Below, one piece after another: positions 10,615 to 20,620 of a stretch of DNA of 64,000 nt. The stretch is from an uncultured delta proteobacterium. GTDB lineage: Bacteria; Desulfobacterota; Desulfomonilia; Desulfomonilales; Desulfomonilaceae. The notes under the pieces were generated by a model. It was not told the origin of the DNA. It made no database searches and worked only from the letters and a program-made list of their open reading frames with translations. Positions within the stretch are counted from its first letter, which is position 1. Each line of letters starts with the position of its first letter. Where the stretch lies: positions 128,001 through 192,000 of the forward strand of contig CAWBKB010000004.1 in NCBI GenBank assembly GCA_963789265.1. The letters run 5' to 3'. Made by a program: the position numbers and the translations under genes.

Positions 10615-10827
10615 GCAACCGGCCACATAAAGCTTGACCGATTCAACGGCTTGTGCCATGTAAGAAACAATGAATATATCATTCCAAACCTAGGCACAGT
10701 CTGAATAAGTCGTATGGCTTAACGTCTTTCAGCCCCATCGCTCCGTATATAGTCCATGGGAAAGTTGCCAATCTAAACCTCAAAGTCACCAACCACAAAA
10801 AACTCTGTGAGAGAGGAGGACTTGCTT

Positions 10828-13800
10828 ATGGATGCCACTCGCCGGGAGTTTTTGGTAGTCTCCGGCATACTGGGCACAGGTGTGGCGCTGTCATCGCTGG
10901 GACTCGATTTAAGGTCGGCCAAGGCTTATGCCGACGCACTCAAAATCAATAAGCTGAAGGCGGCAAAACACTCCACGTCGATCTGTCCGTACTGCTCAGT
11001 GGGCTGCGGATTAATGGTCAGCATCGAGTCGAAAACCGGAAGGATCATCAACATCGAAGGCGACCCGGATCACCCGATCAACGAAGGATCGCTTTGTTCC
11101 AAGGGCTCAGCCGTTTTCCAGACCACGGCGAACAATCCCAACAGGCTTAAGAAAGTGCTTTATCGAGCGCCTTACAGTGAGAAGTGGGAGGAAAAGTCGT
11201 GGGATTGGGCCATAACTGAGATCGCCAAACGAGCAAAGAAGACCCGAGATGCCTCCTTTGTCGAAAAGAACGCCAAGAGGCAGGTGGTTAATAGAACTGA
11301 AGCCATCGCTCATATCGGGAGCTCCAACATCGACAACGATGAGTGTTGGGCGTTTAATGGCCTAATGCGGTCGTTGGGTCTCGTTTATATCGACCATCAG
11401 GCCCGGATATGACACAGCCCGACAGTTGCGGCTCTGGGAGAGTCGTTCGGTCGAGGCGCAATGACCAATCACTGGATCGATCTGAAGAATAGTGATTGTT
11501 TTCTCATCATGGGCAGCAATGCTGCCGAAAACCATCCCATTTCCATGAAATGGGTGTTACGAGCCAAGGATCGGGGAGCAACGGTGATCTCCGTGGATCC
11601 GCGCTTCACCAGGACATCGGCCATAGCCGACTTCTGGACCGGTTTGCGTTCGGGGACCGACATCGCTTTCTTGGGTGGAATGATCAACTACATCCTGTCC
11701 AAGGACAAGTATTTCAAGGATTACGTCGTTAACTATACGAATGCTCCATTCATTGTTGACGAAAAGTTTTCGTTCAACGACGGACTCTTCTCCGGTTGGG
11801 ACCCGAAGAAGAAGAAATATGACAAGGCATCATGGGTGATCAAGAAGGACGCCAAGGGTTTGCCGCAGAAGGATATGACTCTCCAGAATCCCCAGTGCGT
11901 CTTGCAGTTGCTCAAAAAGCACTATTCGCGCTACACGCCTGAGAAGGTTTCCGACATCACGGGCACACCGGTCGAAGACCTCTTGAAAGTGTATGAAATC
12001 TATTCGGCCACAGGCCAAAAGGGGAAATCCGGCGCTATCATGTATGCTCTCGGATGGACCCATCATACGGTCGGCGTGCAGAATATCAGGGCCAGCGCTA
12101 TCCTCCAACTTCTTCTCGGCAATATTGGCGTCCCCGGCGGAGGGATCAATGCACTTCGAGGCCAGCCCAACGTTCAGGGTTCCACTGACGGTTGCCTCCT
12201 CTGGCACCTGCTCCCCGGATACCTGAAAGTTGCCAAGGCGTCTCAGCAAACATTGGCGGATTACAATAAGGCAAATACCCCGAAAACTTCTGATCCCATG
12301 TCGGCCAACTGGTGGGGCAACTATTCGAAGTACAGTGTGAGTCTGCTGAAGTCATACTATGGTGACAAGGCGACCAAAGACAACGACTTCGGCTATGCCT
12401 GGCTGCCGAAGCCCGACGATGGGAAGACGTACTCATGGCTGGACATCTTCGACGAGATGTACGCGGGCAGAATCAAGGGGTTGTTCTTGGTCAGTCAAAA
12501 TTGTGCCGGAAGCTCTCCCAACGCCAATAAGACTAACCGCGCCCTGGCCAAGCTGGATTGGTTGGTGCACACCAATATCTTCAACAACGAAAGCGCCTCC
12601 TTCTGGCATGGTCCCGGTATGGATCCTAAGAAGATCAAAACTGAAGTCTTCTTGCTGCCGGCCGCATGTTCCGTTGAGAAGGAAGGGAGTCTCACGAACA
12701 GCGGTCGATGGGTCCAATGGCGCCACAAGGCTGCTGATGCACCCGGAGATGCCATCTCGGACGGGGAAATGTGTGTAAGGATCGTCAACAAGCTCAAGGA
12801 ACTCTACAAGAAAGAAGGCGGTAAGTTCCCGGAGCCCATTCTCAACCTGAAATGGGATTACGTCGACGACAGGGGGCGGTTCGACACCCACAAGATGGCA
12901 AAGGAGCAGAACGGTTACTTCCTCAAAGATGTGGAAGTAAAAGGGCAGAAGTTCAAGAAGGGTGATTTGGTCCCGTCTTTTGCGTTCCTTATGGACGACG
13001 GTAGCACAGCGAGCGGAAACTGGCTCTATTGCGGGAGTTACACGAATAAGGGGAACATGATGGCCCGCAGGGGCAAAGAAGATCCTACAGGATTGGGCAT
13101 ATATCCCAATTGGTCCTGGTGCTGGCCGGTCAATAGGAGAGTCATCTACAACCGGGCATCGGTGGATCTCAATGGGCAGCCTTGGAATCCCGAGCGTCCT
13201 CTCATCAAGTGGGACGGAAAGAAGTGGGTCGGGGATGTGCCGGACGGTCCCTGGCCTCCCATGGGCGACAAGGCGGGTAAGTTGCCGTTCATCATGAAGC
13301 CGGACGGGGTGGCATCCTTGTTCGGGCCTGCGATGGTGGAAGGTCCTTTCCCCGAGCACTACGAGCCGGTGGAAAGCCCCCTCAAAGACAACCTGATGTC
13401 GAGCCAGCGCAACAACCCGGCCATCAAGCTGTACAACAGCGACATGGACAAGTATGCACAACACGATCCAAAATTTCCATTTGTATGCAGCACATACACG
13501 ATAACAGAACACTGGTGCTCCGGATCCATGACCCGGTGGCAGCCGTGGCTCCTTGAGGCTCAGCCGGAACTCTTCGTGGAGATCAGCGAAGAACTCGCCA
13601 AGGAACTCGGTATTAAGAAAGGTGATCGCGTAAAAGTTAGCTCTATCCGCGGTGAAGTTGAAGCAGTAGCAGTTGTAACGCCGCGTTTCCGTCCCTTCAA
13701 AGTGGGCGGAAAGACCGTTCATCAGGTGGGCATGCCGTTCGCCTTCGGGTGGCTCATTCCCAAATCGAAGAAGGACTCCTCAGCTAACCTGCTGACCCCC

Positions 13801-13869
13801 AGCGTTGGTGACCCCAACACCTTGTGTCCGGAGTACAAGGCGTTCATGGTCAACCTGACGAAGGTATAA
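10828..13869 (+). CDS. fdhA: Formate dehydrogenase alpha subunit, selenocysteine-containing, Tat-exported
   Basis: Tat motif TRREFL and CPYCSVGC. In-frame TGA at 11410-11412 in ARI-U-HSPTVAALGESFGRGAMTNH joins the two ORFs. GAGGAGG RBS. Confidence 0.96.
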
Positions 13870-13882
13870 GGAGGTGTAAGCT

Positions 13883-14530
13883 ATGGCTCAAGGTTTTTCG
13901 ATACTTGTGGACACCTCCAGATGCACGGGATGCCGGGGGTGTCAGATTGCGTGCAAGCAGTGGAATCAATTACCTGCAACAGTTACGAAGAACTGGGGAA
14001 GCTACCAGAATCCCCAAGACTTATCAGCAGAAACGTGGAAGCTGGTCAGATTTTCGGATGGGGCCAATGGCGATGGTAAACCCTACTGGTATTTCTTCGT
14101 CGATCAATGCCGACACTGCCTATCACCGGCGTGCATGGCTGTAGCGGAGAAAGACGAGATAGTCCAGGATGAGAAAACCGGAGCCGTGCTCTATACGCCG
14201 AACACAAAAGACCTCGATTTCAAAGCCGTGCTCAAGGGGTGCCCGTACGATATCCCGAGGCAGGATTTGAAAACCAAGGTTCTGTTCAAGTGCACAATGT
14301 GCTTTGACAGAATCACGAACAATCAGATCCCCGCGTGTGTGAAAACGTGCCCAACCGGCGCGATGACGTTTGGCGAACGGACCAAGATACTGGCAATGGC
14401 CAAGAAGAGAGTAGAGGAACTGAAGAAGGTTTATCCTAAAGCAGTCGCACTGAACGCGGACGAAGCTAGAGTGATCTATGTAGTGAAGGATGAACCGCAA
14501 AAGTACTATAAGTTTGCGGCCGGCAAGTAG
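13883..14530 (+). CDS. fdhB: Formate dehydrogenase Fe-S beta subunit
   Basis: Motifs CTGCRGCQIAC, CRHCLSPAC, CPY and CTMC...CVKTCPTGA; directly follows fdhA. Confidence 0.93.
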   Translation: MAQGFSILVDTSRCTGCRGCQIACKQWNQLPATVTKNWGSYQNPQDLSAETWKLVRFSDGANGDGKPYWYFFVDQCRHCLSPACMAVAEKDEIVQDEKTGAVLYTPNTKDLDFKAVLKGCPYDIPRQDLKTKVLFKCTMCFDRITNNQIPACVKTCPTGAMTFGERTKILAMAKKRVEELKKVYPKAVALNADEARVIYVVKDEPQKYYKFAAGK

Positions 14531-14719
14531 CTTGGAAATTTGAATTTGCCTCTGAGACCGATTCGCTTTCAAACAAGTGAGAATGGGCCGATAGCAAACG
14601 GCACTGACCTGGCGCCATGATGGTGCTTCCCGCGTGCCTCGGGAGGCTTTGTCAGATCCGTGCTGTATTTCCTTGATTGTTCACTGTTTGATCGCGCACT
14701 AGTACAAGGCAGTAAGATT

Positions 14720-14748
14720 GGGGAACCCTTTTAAAAAGGGTGTTCCCC
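14720..14748. terminator. Hairpin between convergent fdhB and aor, possibly a bidirectional terminator or REP-like element
   Basis: GGGGAACCCTTTTAAAAAGGGTGTTCCCC. Confidence 0.45.
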
Positions 14749-14788
14749 GATCTTCTTGTGGACAAGGAGTTCCCTTTTAATTCCTCGA

Positions 14789-16684
14789 CTACGTTTGTGC
14801 GGGAGTCGGTGCCGCGGTGTCTCCCAACCCCAGTTCTGTCAGCTTTTCTTTCGTGGGGATGCCGGTTTGTTTGTCCCATGCCCGCAATTCGTAGTATTCG
14901 TCCTTCATTTGTTCGAATTTGGCCTTGTCAAGGACCGCTCCTTCGTACTTGCCTCTGGGCAGCGGCTTTTCGAAAAACTTCTTTGGTAGAGAATCGTCGG
15001 CCCTGGTCAATCCTTGTCGAACGTCAAACATCCGCTCCAGATTTCTTATCCGTTCGGCTATTTGGAGCAGCCGCTCGATTTCCCACTCTTTGCCGGTTAC
15101 AACCCTGAAGAATTCCCAGGCTTTTGTCACATCGTGAAAGACGTGAAGTGTGTACGGCCACGTGCATATTCCCAGGCTGTCCGCGACGATTCCATCGTGT
15201 TCGGAAATGACGGTAGAGAGGGCCTTGCCCTGGTACGAATGGGGGATTGCGGCTTCTTCGCTACCGAATTTTGCCTTAGCAACTTGTTGGAACCATTCGG
15301 GAGCGTTGTGCCAATCAATCTCGATGAGGCTTCCACGCAGCGGCAGCGGGTCTCCGCGATGGCCAACGGCCTGCATGAGCGCCGAAGCATGAAACGCTCG
15401 GAATTCATAGGGATGCGGAGCCAGTCCCTTCACCAGATCCAATTTGTCGACCGCGGCAGGTCCGAAGCTCTCCGCTGCGACCCTTTGGCCCTCAGCCAGG
15501 AGGTCCCCATAGCCTTCGCGGTCGGCTATCTTTTGAATCGTAGTGAGTATTGCCTCCTTGTTGCCTCGTTCCATTGCGATGCCGTCCGTATCCTTCGCGG
15601 AGATAATACCTTCATGATAAAGCTCCATCAGCAAGCCTACGGAAGCGGACGTTTCGGTCGAGTCCAACCCCAGTCTGTTGGCCATGGATATGGCTTGCCA
15701 GAACACGTCCATGTCCAAATTCCAAACTGAGCCGGTGAAGCCGCTCCAAGGTTCGCATGTGGTATGGCCCTTACCTATTCCCGGCACGTTCAGGAAGTTC
15801 TTACAGCGAATAGGGCAGGCAAAACAGCCCACATTCTTGAGCTGATACTTTTCAACGTAATCCGGGCCCCCGTAATCTTTGATGATGTCTTCCCAGCATA
15901 CGTCCTCAAAGTACCCGACAGGAAAGAAGCTGAGGTCGTACATCATGGACACGAAACGGACATTCCCCCAGGTGGACAATTCCTTACACGCAGGGTGTTC
16001 TCGGATCTCTCGGTTAACGTCGATGGAGAGCTTCAGCATCTCGTCGGGCCTCGCCACGCCCACGCTGCCTGATCCTCGCACAGCGATCGCTTTGAGGTTC
16101 TTGGAGCCCATTACCGCGCCTATACCGGTTCTGCCGGCGGCCCCGGCGTACTCGGTTATTAGGCACGCGAAGCGAACCAGCTTCTCCCCAGCCGGTCCAA
16201 TGCATACAGATTTGATCTCGGGGTCACCCAATTCCTCCTGAATGACTTTCTGAGTCTCAAAAGTGTCTTTGCCCCACAAATGCGCGGCATCCCGTATTTC
16301 TACGCGACCGTCTTTGATCCAAACATAGCAAGGCTTCTCCGCTTTTCCGGTGATAATAATGTGGTCGAATCCCGCGTACTTGACTTCGGGCCCCCAATAA
16401 CCTCCAAAGTTGGATTTAGCTCTCAGATTGCTCATGGGCGAAAGCGCGGTTACATCGGTTCGGCCCGAAGAAGGCATTGCAGTACCCGTCAGTGGCCCCA
16501 TGTTGAAGATTAGAGGATTACCGGGATCGAACGCGGCGGTTCCCGGAGCAAGGTGATCGTACACGAGGCGAACGCCGATGCCCCTCCCTCCCAGAAAATC
16601 CTCAACATAGGGTTCGGTCGGTTCTGTGGAGACTTGCCCCTCACTCAGATTTATCTTTAGAATCTTGCCCACCCATCCGTACAT
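14789..16684 (-). CDS. aor: Aldehyde:ferredoxin oxidoreductase (tungsten AOR family)
   Basis: Motifs MYGWVGKILKINLS, FLGGRG, AGRTGIGAVMGSKNLKAI, CFACPIRC and YYELRAWD. Start set at the ATG at 16684, behind AAGGAG. Confidence 0.93.
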   Translation of the reverse strand: MYGWVGKILKINLSEGQVSTEPTEPYVEDFLGGRGIGVRLVYDHLAPGTAAFDPGNPLIFNMGPLTGTAMPSSGRTDVTALSPMSNLRAKSNFGGYWGPEVKYAGFDHIIITGKAEKPCYVWIKDGRVEIRDAAHLWGKDTFETQKVIQEELGDPEIKSVCIGPAGEKLVRFACLITEYAGAAGRTGIGAVMGSKNLKAIAVRGSGSVGVARPDEMLKLSIDVNREIREHPACKELSTWGNVRFVSMMYDLSFFPVGYFEDVCWEDIIKDYGGPDYVEKYQLKNVGCFACPIRCKNFLNVPGIGKGHTTCEPWSGFTGSVWNLDMDVFWQAISMANRLGLDSTETSASVGLLMELYHEGIISAKDTDGIAMERGNKEAILTTIQKIADREGYGDLLAEGQRVAAESFGPAAVDKLDLVKGLAPHPYEFRAFHASALMQAVGHRGDPLPLRGSLIEIDWHNAPEWFQQVAKAKFGSEEAAIPHSYQGKALSTVISEHDGIVADSLGICTWPYTLHVFHDVTKAWEFFRVVTGKEWEIERLLQIAERIRNLERMFDVRQGLTRADDSLPKKFFEKPLPRGKYEGAVLDKAKFEQMKDEYYELRAWDKQTGIPTKEKLTELGLGDTAAPTPAQT

Positions 16685-17811
16685 TGTTTCGCTCCTTCGA
16701 AGCCTTATGCCTCGCCGGTAAGGTTCCTGCCTCCAGTGGTCACTGGACTGCCTGAGCGTCGAGCGACAACGGTTAGTTTTTCCCGACTGGAGGTCCGGAT
16801 GCATATTTACGGTAGTGAGCTGACAGGAAGCGAAAAAAGGGGGTTGCTTTTGATTTGACATAATTTACCGATCTTGTCAACGGCACCGGAAATAGATTCG
16901 GCCGGGCAATCAAGAGCGAGTTCATCACGACTGAGCATCTATAAGTATTTTTCGGGCAAGACCAACATTCTTGTAGGAGTAGTGTCGGCTTATATCACGG
17001 AAGTTAGATGTGCCCGCACGGACATAAAAAATTCTTGACAACCCGGACCACCGAGGTTAGGATTTAACTGTTCCTCAAAGTTTCTCTCCTTTGGCCTGTG
17101 CACATCAGATGTTGTGCCACTCGTGTGCAAGACAACCATCACTTTCAATCCACAGTAAGTTCTGAGGGAAGGCATCCTATGCGTAAGGCCTTCTGGCTAT
17201 CATTGCTGAGTCCGATTTGGCCGAACATCTGTTCTGGTCCGAGGAGAATCAGGAATAAGCAAGATCCGTCCGCACGTCGGTTGCGAAGCCAGGGCCAGCA
17301 TACTCGGATTAACTTTCCGTGAGAGATCGTAAAGCTGGGAGAATTAGGATCGGAAGATCTTGAGACGAGAATTTACTTGCTGACGGAACGAAACCAGGGG
17401 TTCTTATGAGGAAGATGGTATCGGCTCGCGAGGTTCCTGAAATGGTTTGTCGCCATGATGTTACCGGAATCAGGCTCGGCAAGTTCTAGGGGGGCTTCAA
17501 GAAATGCCCTTTAATAGATTTCGCGAATGTTCTGAGATTTCTCAACGTAGGCCAAGAGCATGCCTTTGTGTCGGCCTTGATACTAAGACTCGTGCGCGAG
17601 GATGATGGCGCAGTGTGAATAGTCCGGGCAGCGATAGGCGCTGGTGTGACGCTTTCACTGCCTTTCGAAGGCGAAATCAACACAGTCGCGGATTCCGAAG
17701 ATTTGCTGAAGTTCAATGTGGCAGCCCTGAATCAAGTCAACCAATCGAAGAGGTGGCTTACAGGCTGCGGGTTTTCTACAAAGTCATTATTAGCTTTGAA
17801 AGGAGGCCGAA

Positions 17812-20526
17812 ATGATCAAGAGGAATATCAGTCTCAACGGCGTAAACAAAATAGTGGTCGCGGACCCGGAGGTTTCACTGGCGGATGTCGTGCGGGGTCA
17901 ATTGGGTCTGACCGGCACGAAGGTCGGATGTGGAAGTGGCCAGTGCGGGTCTTGTTCGGTCATTATGGATGGAAAGCTTATCAAGTCCTGCATCACCAAA
18001 ATGAAGAGAGTCCAGGACGGTGCCAAGGTTGTCACTATAGAAGGAATCGGGACACCCGATAATTTGCACGCTTTACAGTTGTCTTGGACCGTTCACGGCG
18101 GGGCTCAATGTGGATTTTGCTCCCCGGGATTTATAGTGTCCGCTAAGGCGCTTCTGGACGAGACCAAAAGTCCCTCCAGAGCACAAGTAAAGGATTGGTT
18201 TCAAAAGAATCGAAACGCGTGCCGGTGCACCGGGTACAAGCCTCTCGTGGACGCGGTGATGGACGCGGCGAAAGTCGTTCGAGGGGAAATGACCGCAGCC
18301 GAATTAGCGTACAAACTCCCGGCGGACGGCAAAATCTGGGGAACCAACTACCCGAGACCGTCTGCTGTTGCCAAAGTCACTGGAACCATTGAATACGGAG
18401 CAGACATTATCGCCAAGATGCCTCCGGGAACGTTGCACCTGGCTTTGGTGCAGTCCAAGACTTCCCATGCGAAGATTCTCTCCATAGACACGTCTGAAGC
18501 CGAAAAGATGCCCGGCGTAGAGAAGGTTGTTACTCACAAGGACGTCAAGGGCAAGAACAGAATCACAGGGCTTATCACTTTCCCGACCAACAAGGGAGAT
18601 GGCTGGGATCGACCTATTCTCTGCGATGAGAAGGTATTCCAGTTCGGGGACGCCATAGCTATCGTATGTGCCGACACTGAGGCCAATGCCAGAGCGGCTG
18701 CGGATAAGGTTAAGGTGACGTTTGAGGACCTTCCCGCTTACATGAGCGCCCCGGCAGCGATGGCCGACGATGCGATTGAGATCCATCCCGGAACCCCAAA
18801 CATTTACTACGAGCAGAAGCGGGCCAAGGGTCAAGACACTAAGCCTCTGATGGATTCGGCCGCTTATGTAGTGGAAGGCGATTACTACTTGCAGAGGCAA
18901 CCCCATTTGACCATGGAACCGGATGTCGGATTTGCCTATCTTGACGAAGAAGGACGCCTGACAATCCATTCCAAGAGTATCGGTATACATCTCCACCATG
19001 CCATGATTTGCCCCGGGCTGGGGGTCGAACCGGAGAAACTTCGTCTCATTCAGAATCCTGCGGGTGGGACGTTCGGGTACAAGTTTAGCCCAACCATGGA
19101 AGCACTTGTGGGCGTGGCAGCTTTGGCTACCGGCAAGCCCGTGGCTCTGAAATACGATTACTATCAGCACATAACTTATACCGGAAAGCGATCTCCGTTC
19201 TTTATCAAGCTCAAATACGGCGCGGACAAGGACGGCAAAATCGTTGCCATGGAAAGCGACTGGATCGTGGATCACGGTCCGTATTCGGAATTCGGCGACT
19301 TGCTCACCTTGCGTGGAGCCCAGTTCATCGGGGCGGGTTACGGAATACCCAACATCAGGGGCCTCGGCCAAACTGTGTGCACCAACCACGCCTGGGGCTC
19401 TGCCTTCCGGGCCTATGGTTCGCCCCAAAGCTTTCTTGCCTCCGAATGTCTCATGGATGAGCTTGCAGTAAAAATGGGTAAAGATCCGCTGGAGCTGAGA
19501 TATCTCAATGTGTATCGTCCCGGCGATACTACGCCGACCGGCCAGACACCGGAGGTTTTCAGCTTCCCGGAAATGATTGACAAACTCCGTCCTCTTTATC
19601 AGGAGGCCCTCAAGAGAGCCAAAGCGGAATCCACGGCTGAGAAGAAAAAAGGCGTCGGAGTTTCCGTCGGCGTATACGGCTGCGGTTTGGACGGGCCGGA
19701 TTCCTCCGAGGTAGCGGTAGAGTTGGTTCCGGATGGTGTAGTTTTGACCAGTTCATGGGAGGACCACGGTCAGGGAGCCGACATGGGTGCTCTGGGAACC
19801 TGCCATGAGGCTCTGCGTCCGCTTGGCATCACTCCTGACAAGATCAAGCTTGTTATGAACGACACGGCTATCACGCCCAACAGTGGGCCTTCAGGTGGAA
19901 GTCGTCAGCAAGTAATGACCGGAAATGCCATCAAGAACGGCTGCGAGATGCTCTTGAACGCAATGCGTAAACCCGACGGCAAGTATCGCACTTACGAGCA
20001 GATGAAAGCTGAGAACATTCCCTTGAAGTACTCGGGGAAATGGACTGCTTCCATGAACACTCCATGCGATGAAAACGCTCAGGGAAGTCCGTTCGCGGTA
20101 TACATGTACGGCGTGTTCATGGCTGAAGTGGCCGTAGACACCAAGACCGGAAAGTCACAGGTGGAGAAGTTCACGGTTGTTGCAGACATCGGCAAAATCA
20201 ACAACAAGCTGGTCGTGGACGGTCAAATCTACGGGGGAGTCGCGCAGGGAATCGGCCTCGCGCTTTCGGAAGACTTCGAGGACTTGAATAAACACACGAG
20301 TCTGATCGCGTGTGGACTTCCGTTTGCAAACGACATACCTGACGATTTCAAGATCATCTATGTTGAGAACCCAAGAGAACACGGGCCGTTCGGGGCCGCG
20401 GGCGTCGGTGAGTTGCCGTTGACCTCGCCGCATGCCGCAGTGGTCAATGCCATTTACAATGCTACGGGCGTGCGGATCAGAAGTCTGCCCGCGCTGCCTG
20501 AAAAGGTGTTGGCCGGCCTCAAGTAG
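17812..20526 (+). CDS. mop: Molybdopterin (xanthine oxidase family) aldehyde oxidoreductase, Mop type
   Basis: 2Fe-2S motifs CGSGQCGSC, QCGFC and CRC; GGTFGYKFSP, AFRAYGSPQ and AGVGELP; 904 aa. Confidence 0.95.
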   Translation: MIKRNISLNGVNKIVVADPEVSLADVVRGQLGLTGTKVGCGSGQCGSCSVIMDGKLIKSCITKMKRVQDGAKVVTIEGIGTPDNLHALQLSWTVHGGAQCGFCSPGFIVSAKALLDETKSPSRAQVKDWFQKNRNACRCTGYKPLVDAVMDAAKVVRGEMTAAELAYKLPADGKIWGTNYPRPSAVAKVTGTIEYGADIIAKMPPGTLHLALVQSKTSHAKILSIDTSEAEKMPGVEKVVTHKDVKGKNRITGLITFPTNKGDGWDRPILCDEKVFQFGDAIAIVCADTEANARAAADKVKVTFEDLPAYMSAPAAMADDAIEIHPGTPNIYYEQKRAKGQDTKPLMDSAAYVVEGDYYLQRQPHLTMEPDVGFAYLDEEGRLTIHSKSIGIHLHHAMICPGLGVEPEKLRLIQNPAGGTFGYKFSPTMEALVGVAALATGKPVALKYDYYQHITYTGKRSPFFIKLKYGADKDGKIVAMESDWIVDHGPYSEFGDLLTLRGAQFIGAGYGIPNIRGLGQTVCTNHAWGSAFRAYGSPQSFLASECLMDELAVKMGKDPLELRYLNVYRPGDTTPTGQTPEVFSFPEMIDKLRPLYQEALKRAKAESTAEKKKGVGVSVGVYGCGLDGPDSSEVAVELVPDGVVLTSSWEDHGQGADMGALGTCHEALRPLGITPDKIKLVMNDTAITPNSGPSGGSRQQVMTGNAIKNGCEMLLNAMRKPDGKYRTYEQMKAENIPLKYSGKWTASMNTPCDENAQGSPFAVYMYGVFMAEVAVDTKTGKSQVEKFTVVADIGKINNKLVVDGQIYGGVAQGIGLALSEDFEDLNKHTSLIACGLPFANDIPDDFKIIYVENPREHGPFGAAGVGELPLTSPHAAVVNAIYNATGVRIRSLPALPEKVLAGLK

Positions 20527-20549
20527 AAGCGTAGTCTGAAGCGACTTGT

Positions 20550-20581
20550 TTGGGGAAAACTCAAGGATGGGTTTTCCCCAA
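20550..20581. repeat. Intergenic hairpin with an 11-bp perfect inverted repeat
   Basis: TTGGGGAAAAC ... GTTTTCCCCAA, between mop and the next gene. Confidence 0.6.
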
Positions 20582-20620
20582 GTTGTCCAATTCCCAGATT
20601 TCCAAAAGCAGATTACAAAA

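Noticed and set aside
12433..13722. 429-aa antisense ORF within fdhA (likewise 18304-19428, 51170-52000, 60301-61095)
   Set aside because: These are shadow ORFs opposite well-supported genes, caused by codon bias, and carry no motifs.
14789..16861. Extended N-termini given by the ORF track (aor; also mftF, larE, mvhG and the C-GCAxxG-C-C gene)
   Set aside because: Downstream starts with an RBS or stop-start coupling match the family N-termini better.
17754..17768. TGGCTTACAGGCTGC as a sigma54 promoter for mop
   Set aside because: GG-N10-GC spacing is present but the match to consensus is weak; not supportable without TSS data.
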